This document shows, in pieces, positions 15,909-19,131 of a DNA stretch of 19,131 bases. Source of the stretch: Lentisphaeria bacterium (GTDB lineage: Bacteria; Verrucomicrobiota; Lentisphaeria; Oligosphaerales; JBFJXC01); NCBI GenBank assembly GCA_041623325.1, contig JBFJXC010000031.1, positions 1 through 19,131 of the forward strand, written 5' to 3'. The translations under genes and the position numbers were made by a program. The notes beneath the pieces are model-generated. The model did no database searches, was not told where the DNA came from, and worked only from the letters and a program-made list of their open reading frames with translations. Numbering within the stretch: position 1 is the stretch's first letter; the number at the start of each line of letters is the position of its first letter.

Positions 15909-17570
15909 TTGAACATCGCCCACTACCTGCCTGACCTGGCCGCGGAGATGCCGTTCAAGCGGGCGGTCGTCTGCCCGGAAGGGCGCGACGGCAAGGGGCG
16001 GGTCGCCTACAGCCATCTGACCTTTTCCCAGCTGAACGCCCGATGCGACCACTATGCCTGGGCCCTCAAGGGCATCGGGGTCGAGCCGGGCATGCGGACC
16101 TTGCTGATGGTCCGCCCAGGCTTGGACTTCATGGCTCTGACCTTCGCCCTTTTCAAAATCGGGGCCATCCCGGTTCTCATCGATCCCGGCATGGGTTGGC
16201 GGGGCTTCCTGCGCTGCGTGGCCCAAGTCAAGCCGGAGGCCTTCCTCGGCATCCCGCTGGCCCACATCCTGCGCTGCGTCCGGCCCAAGCCCTTCAAAAG
16301 CATCCGCATCGCCGTCACCCTGGGCCGGCGCTGGTTCTGGGGTGGGTACGCCTTGGACAGGCTGAAGAGCGCCTCCGACCCCTTCCCGGTCCGGGCGGTC
16401 ACTCCCGAGGACACCGCGGCGATTCTCTTCACCACCGGCAGCACCGGCCCCGCCAAGGGCGTGGTCTACACCCACCGCATCTTCAACACCCAAGTCGAGA
16501 TCCTGCGCCGCGAATACCATATCGGCCCCGACGATGTCGACCTGCCTTGTTTCCCGCTCTTCGCCCTCTTCAGCGTGGCCCTGGGGGCCACGGCGGTCAT
16601 TCCGGACATGGACCCCACCCGGCCCGCCCAGGTCGATCCCCGGCGGATCATCGAGGCCATCCACGACCAGGGCGTGACCTACTCTTTTGGCTCGCCCGCC
16701 CTGTGGCGCACCGTCAGCGCCTACTGCGTGGGGCATGGCGTGACCTTCCCCAGCGTGAAACTGGTGCTGATGGCCGGTGCCCCGGTGCCGGCCTATCTGC
16801 ACGAGCGCATGCTGACCCGCATCCTTCCCGTCGGCGCCGAGGTCCACACGCCCTACGGGGCCACCGAGTCCCTGCCGGTCTCCACCTTTGCCGGCTCTCT
16901 GGTTCTGGCCGAGACCCTGGAGAAGACCCGGAAAGGCAAGGGCATCTGCGTGGGGCGTCCTCTGCAGGAGATCACCGCCCGAATCATCCGCATCACCGAC
17001 GACCCCATTGAACGCTGGGAGGACAGCCTGGTGCTGCCGCAGGGCGAGGTCGGGGAGATCGCGGTGAAGGGCCCGGTAGTCACGCCGGAATACGCCGACC
17101 TTCCGGACAAGACCCGGCTGGCCAAGGTCCACGAGAACGGGCAGATCTGGCACCGCATCGGGGACCTGGGCTATCTCGACAAGCAGGGTCGGCTGTGGTT
17201 CTGCGGCCGCAAGAGCCACCGGGTGATCACCGAGCAAGGCCTGATGCTGACAGTCTGCTGCGAGGCGATCTTCAACGAGCATCCGCGCGTGCACCGTTCC
17301 GCCCTGGTGGGAATCGGGCGCCACCGGTGCCGCCAGACGCCGGTGATCGTGATCGAGCCGGAAAAGGGCCAGTTCCCAAGGTCCGCGGCCGACAAGCAGC
17401 GGTTTGCCTCCGAGCTTCTGGAACTGGCTGCGAAGGCCGAGCACACCCGGAACATCCGCACGGTGCTCTTCCACCGTTCCTTCCCCGTCGACATCCGCCA
17501 CAACGCCAAGATCCGCCGCGAGGATCTGGCCGTCTGGGCAAGCGGGCAAGTTGTGAATGGTGAATGGTGA
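15909..17570 (+). CDS. AMP-dependent synthetase/ligase (fatty-acyl-AMP / acyl-CoA ligase family)
   Basis: It starts at TTG 15909 with GGAG 7 nt upstream, 22 nt after pdxT. The next in-frame ATG is at 15948. The product carries the adenylate-forming motif TTGSTGPAKGVVYTH and later YGATES and GDLGYLDKQGRLWFCGRKS. It is 553 aa. Confidence 0.8.
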   Translation: MNIAHYLPDLAAEMPFKRAVVCPEGRDGKGRVAYSHLTFSQLNARCDHYAWALKGIGVEPGMRTLLMVRPGLDFMALTFALFKIGAIPVLIDPGMGWRGFLRCVAQVKPEAFLGIPLAHILRCVRPKPFKSIRIAVTLGRRWFWGGYALDRLKSASDPFPVRAVTPEDTAAILFTTGSTGPAKGVVYTHRIFNTQVEILRREYHIGPDDVDLPCFPLFALFSVALGATAVIPDMDPTRPAQVDPRRIIEAIHDQGVTYSFGSPALWRTVSAYCVGHGVTFPSVKLVLMAGAPVPAYLHERMLTRILPVGAEVHTPYGATESLPVSTFAGSLVLAETLEKTRKGKGICVGRPLQEITARIIRITDDPIERWEDSLVLPQGEVGEIAVKGPVVTPEYADLPDKTRLAKVHENGQIWHRIGDLGYLDKQGRLWFCGRKSHRVITEQGLMLTVCCEAIFNEHPRVHRSALVGIGRHRCRQTPVIVIEPEKGQFPRSAADKQRFASELLELAAKAEHTRNIRTVLFHRSFPVDIRHNAKIRREDLAVWASGQVVNGEW

Positions 17571-17672
17571 ATGGTGGGGGGATCCAGCTTCCGCCTCTTT
17601 AGTGTGGCGCACTATTTAAGAAACTGGAGACCGTCGTCTCCTCATCAGGAATCGCAATCACGGCAACAGCCT

Positions 17673-17701
17673 TTTAGAAAATCCATTCTTGATGGTATAA
17701 T
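17673..17701 (+). promoter_or_regulatory. Extended -10 promoter candidate (TTTAGA, 17 nt spacer, TGgTATAAT)
   Basis: -35-like TTTAGA at 17673-17678 and TG-n-TATAAT at 17693-17701, about 60 nt upstream of the ATG at 17762. Confidence 0.4.
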
Positions 17702-17761
17702 GGCCGGGAACCATTCACCAACCGACCCTCGGGGATTATGGCAAAAAGCGGGAGGAACTGC

Positions 17762-19131
17762 ATGCACCGATACAAGACCCACGTGAACTACCGGCCGAGG
17801 ACGCGGGCCCGGAAAGCCGCCGAGGAGATCCTGGCCGAATTGCTGCTGGCATGTTTCGGCAAACGTCCCGACCCGATCCTGGTGGCCATCGGCGGCCCCG
17901 GTGGCACCGGCAAGAGCAGCTTCTGCCAGCGCCTGGCCGCCCGCCTTCCCGAGGCGGCCATCGTCACGCTGGACGACTACAAGACCGCCCGCGAGATCCG
18001 CGCGGGCCAGAATCTTTATGGTGCCCATCCCAACGCCAACAAGATGGATCTGATCGAGGAGCATCTGAAACTGGTCAAGGCCGGCATGCCCTTCGAAAAA
18101 CCCGTCTACGATGCCGTCAGCGGAGATGCCAAGGCCTCGGAGATCTACACCCCCGTTCGCTTCAATCTGCTCGACGGCGAGATCTCCACCTACCGGCAGT
18201 TCCGCGACCTGGTCGACTTCGCCGTCTTCATCGACTCCGACTGGAAGACTCAGCTTGAGACCCGCATCACCCGCGACATCCAGCAGCGGGGCTACTCTCG
18301 CGAGAAGGCCATCGCCACCTTCCTGCAGAGCAACTTGCGGGAGTTCGCCACCTACGGGGCCGAAAGCAAAAACTGGGCAGATGTGCATCTGTACTGCCAC
18401 GACGACTATCGTTTGGAGATCGAGTCGGTCGACCAGCAGCTATTCACGCGCTTCGATTCGCTGCTTGAAAAAGATCTTGCCCCTTTGGACCTGTCCGGCC
18501 TGATCGTGCCGGTGCTCACCCCTTTCGGCGAAAGCGACGCGGTTGACCAGGAGGCCTTTATCCGGCATCTGGAGTTTCTGGCCGAGCATGGCGTCAGGCG
18601 CATTCTGGTCAACGGCACCACCGGGGAGTTCTTCTCGTTGTCGCTGGCTGAGCGCAAACTGATGCTGACGCTGGCCCGGCGCTATTTTCCCGGCGCGGTG
18701 CTGTTCCAGGCCGGCAGCGACAGCCTGGTACAGACACAGTTGGAGGCCCGCTGGGGACAGGACTACGGCGCGGACGCCATCGTGGTTTTGCCCCCTTATT
18801 ACTTCGCCGAGGCGCCCGAACAGGGGCTGGTCGACTACTTCAACGCCCTGGCCTCCCAGATCGAGGTGCCCTTCATCCTCTACAATTTCCCATCGCACAC
18901 CCAGAACCCCCTCACTGCCGAGATCCTGAAAAAGGTCCATCATTTCGGGCTCAAAGACTCCTCCGCGGACCTGTCCCTCATTCATGCCACCCCCCATTAC
19001 TACTTGGGATGGGATCCACGCGTGATCGAGGCGCAGCAGAAGGGAGCCTACGGTTTCATCAGCAGTCATGCCAACATCTGCCCGGACCTGTTCGTCGGGC
19101 TGGAAAAGGCCCTGCGCCGCGGCGACGACGA
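17762..19131 (+). CDS. Fusion protein: N-terminal uridine-kinase/phosphoribulokinase-family P-loop kinase domain plus C-terminal DHDPS/NAL-family class I aldolase domain (3' end beyond the window)
   Basis: Translated by hand from ATG 17762, which has GGAGGA 6 nt upstream. The frame is open through the last base, which is why it is missing from the ORF track. The N-domain has the P-loop ILVAIGGPGGTGKSS, TLDDYK and DFAVFIDSDWKTQLETRITRD, all uridine kinase-like. From about aa 235 it reads LSGLIVPVLTPF...NGTTGEF...LPPYYF...ILYNFPSHT...GLKDSS, with the DHDPS-family GTTGE, both tyrosines and the Schiff-base lysine. Confidence 0.75.
   Translation, partial: MHRYKTHVNYRPRTRARKAAEEILAELLLACFGKRPDPILVAIGGPGGTGKSSFCQRLAARLPEAAIVTLDDYKTAREIRAGQNLYGAHPNANKMDLIEEHLKLVKAGMPFEKPVYDAVSGDAKASEIYTPVRFNLLDGEISTYRQFRDLVDFAVFIDSDWKTQLETRITRDIQQRGYSREKAIATFLQSNLREFATYGAESKNWADVHLYCHDDYRLEIESVDQQLFTRFDSLLEKDLAPLDLSGLIVPVLTPFGESDAVDQEAFIRHLEFLAEHGVRRILVNGTTGEFFSLSLAERKLMLTLARRYFPGAVLFQAGSDSLVQTQLEARWGQDYGADAIVVLPPYYFAEAPEQGLVDYFNALASQIEVPFILYNFPSHTQNPLTAEILKKVHHFGLKDSSADLSLIHATPHYYLGWDPRVIEAQQKGAYGFISSHANICPDLFVGLEKALRRGDD

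Noticed and set aside
15852-17612. A 586-aa minus-strand ORF and a 322-aa plus-strand alternative-frame ORF (16043..17011)
   Set aside because: They are antisense or alternative-frame shadows of the acyl-AMP ligase gene.
17645-19069. Minus-strand ORFs 17645..18400 and 18440..19069
   Set aside because: They are antisense to the long open plus-strand frame that has clear kinase and DHDPS-family motifs. Their low-complexity Gly/Asp/Val-rich products are shadow ORFs.
1-19131. CRISPR arrays, IS elements/transposases, integrases, tRNA or rRNA genes
   Set aside because: No short regularly spaced direct repeats, no terminal inverted repeats flanking the duplication and no transposase-like ORF were seen. 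The intergenic regions are short and lack tRNA-like T-psi-C/acceptor features. The duplication appears to be a simple tandem gene duplication and not a mobile element.

Overview
This is a 19.1 kb high-GC (about 65%) bacterial chromosomal segment with tightly packed, mostly housekeeping genes on both strands. The tandem prepilin/LamG paralogues suggest a PVC-superphylum (Verrucomicrobia-like) organism, but that is inference only. Gene order, left to right: (1) a family-1 encapsulin operon, an EncFtn ferritin-like cargo with a C-terminal targeting peptide followed by an HK97-fold encapsulin shell; (2) purA, uppS, cdsA on the + strand; (3) a tandem duplication of about 1.15 kb carrying two paralogous genes on the - strand, each encoding a prepilin-type N-terminal helix plus a LamG/concanavalin-like domain, each with a near-identical sigma70-like promoter, a roughly 170 nt conserved 5' leader and a conserved 3' flank; (4) def translationally coupled to a hypothetical multi-pass membrane protein on the - strand; (5) an amidohydrolase-2 family hydrolase on the + strand; (6) an fhs-folD-lnt operon on the - strand; (7) pdxS-pdxT followed closely by an acyl-AMP ligase that starts at TTG, on the + strand; (8) a 3'-truncated ORF absent from the supplied ORF track because it has no stop codon in the window, encoding a uridine-kinase/PRK-family P-loop kinase domain fused in frame to a DHDPS/NAL-family class I aldolase domain. 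No rRNA, tRNA, CRISPR array or obvious transposase was found. Many long antisense 'shadow' ORFs are present, as expected in high-GC DNA, and were rejected. The items most worth a second look are the kinase-aldolase fusion, the duplicated prepilin/LamG cassette with its conserved leader, and the encapsulin/EncFtn system.
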